DNA of 63,171 bases, filler included, from Globobulimina sp. (GCA_003354225.1; 49 parts of 49 records of this genome joined end to end with filler, not necessarily neighbours in it), one strand, 5' to 3'. Shown: positions 23,696-36,066, numbered from the whole stretch's first letter. The notes: generated by a model from the letters alone, not told the origin. Program-made: numbers and translations.

Positions 23696-24205
23696 TTAAA
23701 GATTAAGTTGTGTGCTGAGTTTATCAGTCCATTGGTTCCGATCAGATACTTTAATATTATACAATATATTTTTAGCTTTTCTGAGGTCGCCACATTTATT
23801 GTATTGTAAAATCAACTCATTTAAAATGCCAATTCCTTGACAATAATTGCTATTTTCTTGCATATCCTCGTATACTTTATTTAAATTATCCAAATCTTTA
23901 TTATTTCCAATCGCTCTCAATACAATTTGATAAATGACGCGATTAATATGCACGGATTTATTCCTTTTCATCTCTTGATATAAATCAATAATTTCCAAAT
24001 CCAAACAACGAAATAATTTCATTGCATTGAACATGGCATTGTAAACACTTTTATTTCTATCTTTAATTTCAATTTTATTAATTATATTTTTCATTTTCTT
24101 TAAATCGCCACATTTTGCATATTGTCTCATTAATCCACATAACAACTTAATATTTCCTGCGTATTTACTCTGTTTTATATCATTCTCGATTTTAATTAAT
24201 TTATC
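23696..24205 (-). CDS. Pentatricopeptide-repeat protein fragment (plant PLS-like)
   Basis: Two QY(A/N)KCGDL repeats flanking VYNAMFNA...LYQEMKR and NRVIYQIVLRAI repeats; both ends abut unrelated-looking sequence. Confidence 0.75.
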   Translation of the reverse strand, partial: DKLIKIENDIKQSKYAGNIKLLCGLMRQYAKCGDLKKMKNIINKIEIKDRNKSVYNAMFNAMKLFRCLDLEIIDLYQEMKRNKSVHINRVIYQIVLRAIGNNKDLDNLNKVYEDMQENSNYCQGIGILNELILQYNKCGDLRKAKNILYNIKVSDRNQWTDKLSTQLNL

Positions 24206-24547
24206 CCCCTGGAAAATGTTACGAAGTTGTTTTCTCTCTGGGGTTTTGTAAGAGTTATTGTAGAGCTAGCTGCTTTTATTGGAAGGGAAGGGATGGGAAG
24301 GGAGTGGAGGGACAAAAAAGTTCTTTAAAAGTGTTGACGTTTTACAATGTTGTGCCACAAAGTAAAATAAGGAATCCTATTGAGACAAACAATTCTAGAT
24401 TGGTGATAAACGAGCGTTGTGCAGCCATGATTATTGTTAGTAAAAAANNNNNNNNNNNNNNNNNNNNNNNNNNNNNNNNNNNNNNNNNNNNTTAATTAAT
24501 TAANNNNNNNNNNNNNNNNNNNNNNNNNNNNNNNNNNNNNNNNNNNN

Positions 24548-25738
24548 GTTGGGGCAATAATACAAACAACAATTCTAACAATAATAGTTCTGCAATGTCA
24601 ATGTCAATGGATGCAAATATTGGATTTTCAGTGGGCGGAGGACCAAAAGATATGAATACGGCGAGATTAAACATTGAGAATCATCAAATACCACAAATTA
24701 ATTCGGTGTCATTTCAGGGTATTTTTAATGATTATTATTTTGATACAAATGCAATAAATGAAAATGAACAGAAACAACATCAACAAATGCAATTGGAAGG
24801 GAAAGAAAAAGAATTACCAATATTCTATCCGTCATACTCCTGTTCAAAAGCAGCTGTTTCTAAATCATTATTAATGACAAATCCGCAGAATGATATGATT
24901 GAGAATGACTTTTCTGATTATTTGAGTAAAGAGTATGAATATTTTTTGACGGTTGGATTAAATTCAAATATAAAAGAAAAGGATTTTAAACGCAAAAAAT
25001 TAAATTTATGCGTTGTTTTGGATATATCGGGGTCAATGAGCTCCAGTTTTGGCGGCAATAATTCATGGTCGTTTCAGTCTGTTTCTAGTTATTCAAAATC
25101 AAAAATGCGGGTTGCAAATGAATGCTTATTGTTATTATTAACGCACTTAAATGCTGACGATCGTTTTGGTTTAGTTTTGTTTAACAATTCCGCTGCGATT
25201 AAAATTAAAATGGATGTAATGAAAAATATGAAAATGGAAGAAATTGAGCAAATATTGGAGATTCGAGCCAGTGGTGGCACTCATTTTGAGAGTGGCTATA
25301 AGCAAGGAATAAAAATGTATGATCAAATTGAAAATGATAACGAGTATGAAAACAGATTGATATTTTTAACCGACGCCCATCCAAACGAAGGGAGTACGGA
25401 TGCGGAATCTTTATTAAATTTAGTGTCTTCTGCGGCAAATCAAACAAATAATAAAATATATACAACTTTCATTGGAGTTGGTATTGATTTTAACGCAAAA
25501 TTGATCTCGAAAATAATTGACGTTCGCGGAGCAAATCAATTTTCAGTTCATACAAATAAAGAATTTAAAAAGAAATTGTATTCAGAATTTGACTATTTTG
25601 TAAGTCCGATGGTGTTCAATTTATGTTTAACATTATTTTGTGAAGGCAGCGAATATGGCGCAATTGATAGAGTCTATGGTTCTGATAATGTCAATATCAG
25701 AAATGGGGAGATTATGAAAATAAAAACGTTGTTTCCTT
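24548..25738 (+). CDS. vWA-domain protein, partial
   Basis: MIDAS DxSxS (VLDISGSMS), GGT, FLTDA and TTFIGVGIDFN; N-terminal GFSVGGGPKD...GIFNDYYFDT. Confidence 0.85.
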
Positions 25739-25838
25739 NNNNNNNNNNNNNNNNNNNNNNNNNNNNNNNNNNNNNNNNNNNNTTAATTAATTAANNNNNN
25801 NNNNNNNNNNNNNNNNNNNNNNNNNNNNNNNNNNNNNN

Positions 25839-26462
25839 GCTGTTTTGGCGATTATTTTACAAAATTTGCATATCTAGAGGGTAATGCTCTGAATTGCCCA
25901 GTAACAGTACATATCGATCACGTTGAATGCCTTCGCAAAAATGCGAAATTCCCTTGGAGCAACAATGGTTCCCCAAATAATGGAGGGGGACAATATCATG
26001 GCTCTAATGGGTCCCCAAATAACGGAGGGGACAATATCCTGACTGCAATGGTTCCCCAAATAATAGAGGAGGACAATATCCTGGAAGTAATGGTTCCCCA
26101 AATAATGGAGGAGGGCAATACCCAGGCACTAATAGTAATAAACCACTGCATCAAGCATATCCCCCTATTTATCCTGATTCGTCAGGATCTCCATAATCAA
26201 TTGGATCTAATCAATCTCCTCATCCTGACTCTTCAGGATCTTAATATCCTTCTAGACCTAATCCCCCTGTTCAGCCTGATTCTTCAGGATCCCCGTATTC
26301 ATCCGGCTCTGATTAGTTATCACCACAATCAAGTTATGGTTCCCAGTCAGATCCACAATGTCCTGACAAATACAACAAATGTAGTCGATGGGCCAGCAAA
26401 GGTGAAAAAAAAGAGAGTACTGGATGAAAACAAATTGCCAAAAATCTTGCAATTGCTGTGGA
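25839..26462 (+). pseudogene. Decayed Gly/Pro/Asn-repeat protein with C-terminal ShKT domain
   Basis: 42-bp repeats (NGSPNNGGGQYPGS) from 25964, PDSSGS repeats with in-frame TAA/TAA/TAG, then CPDKYNKCSRWASKGE / YWMKTNCQKSCNCC across a frameshift. Confidence 0.6.
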
Positions 26463-27263
26463 TGCACTGTACAATCCCTTCTTGGTGTTTCATATACTGA
26501 AGGTAATAAGTTGGGAATTCTTGTGTTTATGCATACTCAGAAGCCCATGTAATTAGTTGGAGGCGTGAAAAGACGGGACAGATGTGGAATCATTGTGCCT
26601 GATTATTTTAACATCAATTCAATCATTTATAATTAGCAACAGCTATATAAAAAATATAAACATTTAATCATTTTAGCTTGTAAAGACGATCGAAAGCTCT
26701 GTTCCTTCTGGGCATCAAAAGGCGAATGCACGACAAACCCTGATTATATGGGAAGACTGTGTAAAGCTTCATGCAGACATTGTTAATCTGATGGAAAGGC
26801 AAATTTTACTTGTTTGACACTTTTACTTTACTTTTTTTTAGCTTAGTACAACCTATTGCAAAGCAACAATGCGAAATTCAATGTGTATATTTTTGTTTGT
26901 TGTTGTTCGACACATTAAAAATTGAAGTAAAATTATGAGAAAGTAAAAGTTAGCACATTTTGACATGGTCAGAAGGAATTATGAATAATACTCTCGGGCA
27001 GTTACAGTGAACGCTCAATTTCTGGTAAANNNNNNNNNNNNNNNNNNNNNNNNNNNNNNNNNNNNNNNNNNNNTTAATTAATTAANNNNNNNNNNNNNNN
27101 NNNNNNNNNNNNNNNNNNNNNNNNNNNNNCTCCGGACACTGTCGGCTCTGTTTTTTAATAATGAGGAAAACAAGTTGCTGCAAGAACAAGTTCCAAAGAA
27201 ATAAATAGGCGTTAAAAGGATAATAAATAAATAAAAAAAGAAAAAAAAAGAATTTGTTTTTTT

Positions 27264-28320
27264 TTATTGATTGATTGCAGAATTCCAAAACGTTTGCAAT
27301 AAATAAGATATTTTTTGCTTTGAGTCTGCTGAAATATAATAATAATCTCCCATGGATTCCAGTACTTGCCAACCACCACAAACCTTTATTTCTTCAACAA
27401 ATTGATTCAAATCATTTATTTTTCCATTTTGCTTTGCAGAAATTAATATATTTTCCAATAATTCTAAACAAACCAATAATAATTTATTCCTATCATCCAT
27501 AATAGGATTATGTCGTTGATTGATTTTCTTAATAAACACAAATGTCGATTGAATTACATTTAATGTCACCAAATATCTAATTTGTTTATAATGTAACGGC
27601 AATGTTGCATTTGCAATACACCACAATGCCTCCGATGCTAATTCAAATTCCGCACACTTTAATAAATCAACTAAGGATGGAAATATATCTGCATTTATTA
27701 CTAAATCAATTTGCTTATAATCAAAAGAAGCCGTAATATTTGAGATGATGAAACAAATACTTTTCTGAATATTAATGTTTAATTTTAATTCGCCGTTTGA
27801 TGATAATATACGCGATAATAACGTTAACACATTACAGTTTAAAATATGTGCGACATCCTCATCTGATCCACATGCGATATTATCAATGCATCGCAATATC
27901 AGCGATATGTTATTCCCATGCAATAAATTTACTAATTTTTGTACTAAACCAAATTGTGACATAGTTTGCAAAACATGCGAGTGAGACTCATCATTATCAG
28001 TTAAATGGCAAATGGTTTGGCCAAAGTATGAATAAACATCGTTTTTAATATAATTTATATTCATATCATTCAATAAATATGAATAAGACTCTAATATTTT
28101 AGCAATATATTCCCATTCAATCTGTTTTTCATTGTTATTTTTAACAAAAATTAATAAGACATGAGATACATTTGCGATAAAATCAAGATTTGAAACATTT
28201 CGCCAGTTTTGACAGATTTTTAACAGTTTATTCATTATTCCGTGTCTTAATAATAACTGTATGTTATTAGACACATCATTAATATCTATTTTTTTCTCTT
28301 TATTTAATGCATTAAATATG
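27264..28320 (-). CDS. Importin-alpha-like ARM-repeat protein, 5' partial
   Basis: LRCIDNIACGSDE, IQKSICFIISNITA, VINADIFPSLVDLL, EALWCIANAT, VCLELLENIL and FVEEIKVCGG. Confidence 0.75.
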
Positions 28321-28667
28321 NNNNNNNNNNNNNNNNNNNNNNNNNNNNNNNNNNNNNNNNNNNNTTAATTAATTAANNNNNNNNNNNNNNNNNNNNNNNN
28401 NNNNNNNNNNNNNNNNNNNNGTGGACATCCTTCAACAAACACGACTCGAGTAAGTGAACAACATTTGTTTTTATCCGTCTTCTCCACGGATTCGTAAACC
28501 AAAGATGAATACAAAATTAATGAACTAAATTGAAAACAGTATCAAAATATTAAAATCTACATAATCGATCGATCATAATCGCATTCGTTCGAAAAGTTTT
28601 TTAAACAATCAGTACTTATCGGATAGCCCTATTTGACGCATTTTTAGCATCCATAAAATGCAACAAA

Positions 28668-29306
28668 ATGAAGAAAAGACAATGTGTAATCCAAACAAAA
28701 ATAATAGACAATAACCTCAAATACACGATTATTTCAGGAGGTCAAATTGGCGCAGATCAAGGCGCCCTGGAAGCAGCAAAAGAAATTGGTGCAAAAACAG
28801 CAGGTTGGGCGCCATTTGATTTTTGCACAATGAATGGTAATGATTTCTCACTTAAATACAAATATGGATTGAAAGCTGTTCAACGCACAGCTTCAACATG
28901 CAAAAAATCAAAAGGATATCTTAAAAGAGATCGTTTGAATGTGGATATGAGTGATATTGTGATTGGATTTATATACAACAAACCAAAGACAGGGAAAGGA
29001 ACACTGACAACCATCAATTATGCAAAAACGGGACATTGCCAATACAAAAATGTCGACAGAACAAAAAAAGTTCATAAATGTAATGATAAAAACAAATATT
29101 GGAAACCAACACTAATTGTTGTAGATTTACAGAATAAAAATATTAATCGGAATGCGATTTTAATCAAAGACTTCATCCATGAAACAAACGCAAAAACAAT
29201 AATGATTGCAGGGTCTGCTATGGATGAATTGCAACCGTTGGTTAAAACAGTGATCATTAAATCGCTAAGATTATTATATTTTCATCAGAGTCTCGTTTCA
29301 AATTAA
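28668..29306 (+). CDS. SLOG-superfamily protein (putative molybdenum-carrier/YpsA-like)
   Basis: IISGGQIGADQGALEAA...GWAP...KYGL...YLKRDRLNVDMSD...GKGTLTTINYA...TIMIAG; intronless. Confidence 0.75.
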   Translation: MKKRQCVIQTKIIDNNLKYTIISGGQIGADQGALEAAKEIGAKTAGWAPFDFCTMNGNDFSLKYKYGLKAVQRTASTCKKSKGYLKRDRLNVDMSDIVIGFIYNKPKTGKGTLTTINYAKTGHCQYKNVDRTKKVHKCNDKNKYWKPTLIVVDLQNKNINRNAILIKDFIHETNAKTIMIAGSAMDELQPLVKTVIIKSLRLLYFHQSLVSN

Positions 29307-29366
29307 AAAAACCTACAGTACTGTTACTAAGAAAAACCTTTCCTTCATTTGTCAATCAAAGAGATC

Positions 29367-29612
29367 ATGAGACAGTCAGCATCGACTCCAACCCAACCAC
29401 TACCATCGCCACAAAATACAATCCTACAATTACAGCAAGAACCTGTTCAAACTGATGATAATATTCAAACCTCGATAGAAACCTGTACAAAAAATAAGCA
29501 CCAAACCAACAATCTCGATGTTGTTGATGATGGTGATGACGATGACTGGCCGCAATTTGATCCAATGTCTTGTTGTTATCCGCTTAGCGTTTACAAAAAA
29601 GATTGGAAACAN
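29367..29612 (+). CDS. Hypothetical protein N-terminus
   Basis: Open frame to the contig end starting about 60 nt after the SLOG stop codon; low complexity. Confidence 0.35.
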
Positions 29613-29711
29613 NNNNNNNNNNNNNNNNNNNNNNNNNNNNNNNNNNNNNNNNNNNTTAATTAATTAANNNNNNNNNNNNNNNNNNNNNNNNNNNNNNNNN
29701 NNNNNNNNNNN

Positions 29712-30777
29712 TCGGAACTCTGCACTCAATATATATTTTGCTGCGGATTGGTATCCAGACGACACAGTGGATATATCCTCGATAGCTGTAACTTTGATTC
29801 ATTCTCATAATATATGCGTTTCTTCAAATTATTGGGCTCCATTGGATGGTATATATGTTTGGGAACTTTTCAACGCTGATATGAATACACCGGTGTATTT
29901 TTGTCAAGGTTGTAATAGCAATGCAGGAGTATACGTTTTTGGATGGCGTTCCAATGATGGCACTGCATTTTGGGTAATTGGAGAAGATTATGCTGTGTCC
30001 GCCGGATGGAGCCGATGCACACTTGATTCTGTAGCAAATGCTATCGATTACATATTCGATCTCAAGGACTGTAATGCATGGCAGTATGCAGAGTATGCAG
30101 ACTCAGCGTGGAAATGGAAAACGGATTCAAATGTAAATGTGCTGAAATGTGTGACCCCATCGCCAACTTTATGTATGTACTTTATATAGCAACGACATAT
30201 TATATTGTATTCGTGAACAGTTCCCAGCAAAACGCCAACATTGTTCCCAACTGGAACACCAACAGCAACTCAAACTAAATCACCATCTAATAATCCGACA
30301 GAATTTCCATCGGTAAATCCAACATTTTTCCCAACTGAAATACCAACAGCAACTCCCACTAAATCACCCACAGAATTTCCATCGATAAATCCCACAGAAT
30401 TCCCGTCAAAAAATCCAACGTTTACTACTACGACAACATCCATTCCAACAGAAATCCCATCATCGCCACCGTCGATATCTATATCCATGAACCCAACCAC
30501 ATCACCGTCTGATGCGGCAACCATTGCTCCAACAGATAATCCCACGAATGTTCCGTCATTACAGCCATCTGTGGGATTAACAGAATCCACGGCGTTGTAC
30601 TCATCCAATGATTCTATATCAAGCGGCGTCACATTTATTGATAATAATTTTGTTTTGGTGGTGGCCGTGGCGTTGCTGTGTGTTATTTGTCTATGTTTCT
30701 GTGTTTTATTTGTTTGTGGAATGCGTAGAAAGAAAAAAGTGGAGCTCATTGCCATCATCTGCAGTGCGAATGACTGA
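29712..30777 (+). CDS. Single-pass membrane protein with extracellular domain and PT-repeat stalk; intron 30173-30220; 5' partial
   Basis: The 48-nt GT-AG intron joins ORFs 29767 and 30241. PTxxP repeats are followed by a hydrophobic helix and basic stop-transfer RRKKK. Confidence 0.6.
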
Positions 30778-31002
30778 GATTTGCTCAAGCTCGGATTTGA
30801 ATGAATATGTTAAGGAGCCAGAAAAACAAATTAATATTATTTATTCTAATGATATAACTGACATTGTAAATATTAATATTAATGCGAATGTCGACAAAAT
30901 TANNNNNNNNNNNNNNNNNNNNNNNNNNNNNNNNNNNNNNNNNNNNTTAATTAATTAANNNNNNNNNNNNNNNNNNNNNNNNNNNNNNNNNNNNNNNNNN
31001 NN

Positions 31003-32193
31003 GCAATAATCCACGACTACAATCACCAAACGCAGGAATCGCAAATCTGGATAAACACTGAAAATAATACGACATGCATTGATTACATAAATCTAAATTC
31101 AACCCCTCCTCCATGGTACACTGTCATCGGAACTATTTTGTCCAACAAAAACCTGTGGATTCCCTCCAACAACGAATGGATTCCTATGAAACTGGAGCTT
31201 GGCTGTTGTGTGGAAATAAATAATATGAAAGGCACCATCGATGCCTACGACTACAAATCTCGGAGATATCACGTTTCATATAACAACAATATGTCTGAAT
31301 GGTTCTGGTGCAACAGCCACAACACCAAAGTATGCGACACCAAAATACACACAATCCATCACAAAATATGCACGCCGCCCTTCGACGTATCGCCCTACGG
31401 CTTAACCGATGCATTCCTTTCTTTTTCCAACACAATGTCCCGAAAAAGGAACATCCACACAATCAACGACGAAAATGCCAACAACAACCAACCGCCCACA
31501 AAAAAAAGAAAAGTAGAAACCATCCCCACTGCCACCCCGCCACCGCTCCCTTCCTCGCCATCCACGGCCACAGCCACAGCCACGGCCGCGTCCATTATCC
31601 GCATACCCAAAATGACGGAAAAACGAATGCAAACCATCGAAAAACGCGAAATCATCACCATTTCGTCACAGTCCCTGTCCGCCACTGCCAGTGCAACGCC
31701 GCCCAAACTAAACAGCCAAAAGCATCCTTGCGCAGAGGTGATAAACCTGGTCGACGACGAGGAAGAAATCGTTGTTGGCACCGCCCAATACCGCGAGTAT
31801 AACCGTCAGTTATTACGCAGGGAAAAGGAGAAAAGGCGCCGCCGCAAAAAGGAGCGTCGCCAGAAAGCCCGCGATCGCAGCAAACACAAAGCAAAGAGCA
31901 AAGGCTCCTCATTGTATCCACGCAAAACGCGCATAAAAGGCGTGAAATGGAAGCGGAAGTACGCTGCGGAGGAGAAGAGGTATTATTGGGTGCAGAAGAA
32001 GAATGAGGACAAATCGAGCTGGAATCCGTACCGCGACGCCGGATTATTGGCGCCGTGGCTGAAGGGTCGCGCGGATGGATGGGAGAAATGGTACGACGAA
32101 GACAGCAAAAAATATTATTATTACCACCGCAAGAAAGAAGAGTCGACGTTCGAGCGTCCGATGGATTATCGCAGTCCGCAGGAAATTGGGCAT
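31003..32193 (+). CDS. Nuclear-type protein with Tudor-like segment, basic tract and two WW domains, partial
   Basis: KGTIDAYDYKSRRYHVSY (Tudor-like), PPTKKRK NLS-like, WW motifs WKRK...RYYWV...SSWNP and GWEKWYDEDSKKYYYYHRKKEESTFERP. Confidence 0.65.
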
Positions 32194-32293
32194 NNNNNNN
32201 NNNNNNNNNNNNNNNNNNNNNNNNNNNNNNNNNNNNNTTAATTAATTAANNNNNNNNNNNNNNNNNNNNNNNNNNNNNNNNNNNNNNNNNNNN

Positions 32294-32630
32294 TTGCTTG
32301 AAGTGCAGTTTGTGATTTCTTTACTATTAATTCGGAGATATATTGTCTTTGCTGAGTTAATTGGGCACGCAATTCTTGTACAATAATGAAACTCGGGTTG
32401 TACATTGAAAGCGGAGTCGTCATTGTTTGCGTGTTTGTGTTTGTGTCACTATTTATGTCATTGTTGCTGTCGCAATGGTGGTTGTGTATCACTTTAAGCT
32501 TTCGTGGCGACAAGGAACCAAACACTGGGTTATCACCATACGATTTACGAAGGGGAGAGTTTACGCCCTGTGCTATTGCGCGGAACATCGGATCGGATCG
32601 GATCGGATCTTGGATTTTATTGTGATACAA
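32294..32630 (-). CDS. Hypothetical coiled-coil protein fragment
   Basis: Open frame to the contig edge with low-complexity and heptad segments. Confidence 0.3.
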
Positions 32631-32782
32631 AAAGTCTCACAATTAAAGCAATGATGAGTGGATAGATTAATTATTCAATTTCATAATCATGCAAATGTAA
32701 TATTATATTATATGGAGATGCAAATATTGTTTAACATAATAAAATCAATGATCATATCTTCAATTTGTTGCTGTTCCTTGCA

Positions 32783-33051
32783 CAGACAATTTCATTCTTG
32801 AATAATTTACGCCGACGTCGCGGCAGTGATTGAGAGAGAAAGACATCCCACTCCTCACAGTATCGAGCGGGCCGTCGTCGCCACCAAAACGAGCGCTGTA
32901 TATCCAAGCGGCCCTTCATGCGAGAGAGTGGTTGGCGAATCCTGCCACAATGTATATATTGAATGCATTGCTTGAGGGATATGGCACCGATCCGGAGATC
33001 ACTGACATACTGAACACGATTGATATTTATATTGTGCCCACGGTCAACTAA
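32783..33051 (+). pseudogene. Fragment of M14 zinc carboxypeptidase
   Basis: ALYIQAALHAREW (HxxE Zn ligands)...YILNALLEGYGTDPEITDILNTIDIYIVPTVN, truncated before the usual PDG; upstream pieces lie in shifted frames. Confidence 0.7.
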
Positions 33052-34875
33052 AAGCTAGTAAATAGTCACTAAATAGCAGAGAAGTATAAATGGTATGGTA
33101 TGATCAGGGATCATCTAAAGAATGCATATCAAGGCTCAAAACTCGTAACCCGTTATTAGCAAAAAGTGTCCATGTTCTTTAGTCAAGGATCTGGATCTTG
33201 AGCGGTGTTTGGAGAATTTAATCTGCGTAATGCTTATAATTAAAAATGAACGCTATACCTCACATGGACAACAAATTAAAGATCCTGTTCAAGTCATGTA
33301 TGGGCGTCACAATTTAAGCAACATATTGTATGGAAGAAGTTGACTTACATTTAATATTATTGATATTTTATTTTAATTTAATAATAATCTTCTTGCTCCA
33401 ACACCATTATTTCGATTTCGAACACATAAATGTTTAATAGATGCTGGTAATTGTCCATACCCTGAAATAACATTGAAAGTTATTNNNNNNNNNNNNNNNN
33501 NNNNNNNNNNNNNNNNNNNNNNNNNNNNTTAATTAATTAANNNNNNNNNNNNNNNNNNNNNNNNNNNNNNNNNNNNNNNNNNNNTGAATGCAATTTTTTT
33601 TTAATTTTATTTGTCAGTTCTAAATTTGTCCGCATTGCAACTCTCATTTCCATCAAACATTTACTACATACTAAATATCATTATATACAGTATACGTATA
33701 CAATATACATATACAATATACAATATACATTTTTGGTATATGTGCAAGGATAAATTAATTCTTTTTTGGTCGCACAACTTCAAGACAAATGTTTAGAAAT
33801 ATTGCATAATATTCTTAAACATTTCTCGTCAATTTTTTTGAAGTGAGCTAGTCGAATTTTTATAACTCTGTGCATATGAAACAATGCTGTTCGTATAATT
33901 CTCATATGTATCCTGATAATACATTATACCAACCATTTTAAACTCAATTTATGCAAGAAACATAATGTAGTTAAGTGTATATATAAATTTGTCAATAGTA
34001 ATTCTGGCATTTTAAATTTGTGGAATACACCATAAATTAACACAGAATTAAAAATTGAAATGTATTTGTAAATTGTCGCCGGCAGATGAAAATTTTAATT
34101 TTTTTCCAATGTCATTTTTATTGTATATTGCATTCAACAGAGCATTATCTTTCTTTATTGTTATCATTGAAAGTATGAATCATATCCATCACGTTGATAT
34201 ATTACAACATGCAACATTGTATTTGTGTATTTATATATTTGTTTATGGTGTAATGACGCTATCAATTTGGGAAGATTTATTTGCTTTTTATAGGTACGTA
34301 TTAAAACAATTTGGTCTTAAATATATTATACACTGCTCAAATATGACCAAATTGTTCACCAATAAAACACCCAATAAATGTAGATCATCAACGGCAAAAT
34401 CATCAAAAGATGCAAATACTGCTACAAATAAGTGTGAGGATCTTAAGACAAGTAAGTCAATGTTAGGAACAGTGGCGGAACATAAAACTATTGGAAAAAA
34501 TGAAAAGCATTCTAACAGATTGCAAACCCCATATATTTATCGGCGAAATCTCAATCAGATCAAAGATTTCCGAAAAAACAGCACGTTTACGACCAGATTT
34601 CAGAAATGAATGATAATTATGAATCATCAATGAGTTCATTTAGGACATTAAGGGAATGTGGATTGTTTACAGCAAATGATATTGGGATTATGGACAGATT
34701 ACTGAAATATAGTGGGAAATATAGGAAAGCATTTTCAGAGAGATAATTGGTAGTTAATTATAATTTTAAGAGTAGNNNNNNNNNNNNNNNNNNNNNNNNN
34801 NNNNNNNNNNNNNNNNNNNTTAATTAATTAANNNNNNNNNNNNNNNNNNNNNNNNNNNNNNNNNNNNNNNNNNNN

Positions 34876-35259
34876 TTGATCAATTTCACTGTATTTTAAA
34901 TATAAATTCCATGACGTGTTATTTTGTGTGTTTGCTGATAGTGATATTTGATATAATACAAATAAATCTTTTTGATGTTTTAATGTTAAATATTTATCAG
35001 TGTCAAATTTTATTGATATATTTGGCGGAACACTAAATGACAGAACTTCTGTTTCTGATAAAAAACTGTCATCTTTCGCTTCTGTTTTTAATTCAGTTTG
35101 TTGCATGCTTTTGGTTTTCGGCTTTTCTGATTGATCATTATGCACTTTTTTTTCATTTGTATTGTCTGTATCATCAACTTCCTCTGACTCAACTGCTTCT
35201 TTGTCTGCCATGTTATTTAAACAGCAAGTACAGTAAGAAGCATTATCCTTGCACTTCAT
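34876..35259 (-). CDS. Probable PX-domain protein N-terminus
   Basis: FVLYQISL...WNLYLKYSEI resembles the start of a PX domain (RRYSEF-like). Confidence 0.45.
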
Positions 35260-35572
35260 GCGGAGTTTCCAAAAGATAGTACTAGTACTCTAAAGTATGT
35301 CGTTTCTCCCACTTGCAGCAAGTGCCGGCCATTAATGAAATAATAATCCACCGACAGATACGCAAATATATATGATAGAAAAGGTCAAATGATGGGGAAG
35401 TATAACTCCAACTAAAAACGCGTTTTTATGACGATAGCGGTAACAAAAAAAAAAAACTTCAATTGACGCACATAAATAATAATATAATAAAGATAGAGTA
35501 CATTTTAATGATTAATTATTCAACGCAAAACAAAACAAAACAAAAAAACACCACACATTATATATTGTAACA

Positions 35573-36066
35573 CTACCCAAACAACGAGACTTTCTGCCAT
35601 CCAGATCCATGGCCAGTTTTATTTGGATTATTCATACTTTGTATTATTTGTCTCATACCGTTGCCAGCAAACAAACGATGTTCAAAACTGCCATGAATCA
35701 ATGAATCGATTGAAAAGTGAGAATTTTCAGCATTTTGTATGTCCCGTTGCATTTTAGCCACTTCCTCTTCCTGTTCGGCAGCCAATCTCTTTGCAATTTC
35801 ATTAAATTCTTTTTTGACCGCTTTATTCGTTTTCTTTAACAATTTCATATTATTTATGTTAAATATCAATTTTGTGCCTTTTGCAGATTTTTTAAATCCA
35901 GCATCATATAATAACTCAATACAGATTGGATATTTTGTGAATTTCTCTTTCAATTTCTTCATATTTATTGACTGATATTTAGAGTTGAATGGAGACTTTA
36001 AAATATTTGAGAATATCGTCAATAAACGCTTTATTTCTTTGTCTCTGTCTTGATTGCTATATATTC
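35573..36066 (-). CDS. PUB/PUG-domain-like protein fragment
   Basis: LLTIFSNILKSPFNSKYQSIN...IELLYDAGFKK fits the PUB consensus. Confidence 0.55.

Noticed and set aside
26048-26500. 150-aa MVPQI-repeat ORF
   Set aside because: Off-frame shadow of the Gly/Pro repeat ShKT pseudogene.
30270-30788. Antisense VG-repeat ORF
   Set aside because: Mirror of the PT-repeat coding strand.
33585-34775. 184-aa ORF 34055-34609
   Set aside because: No recognisable family; the surroundings look degenerate, so it is not supportable.
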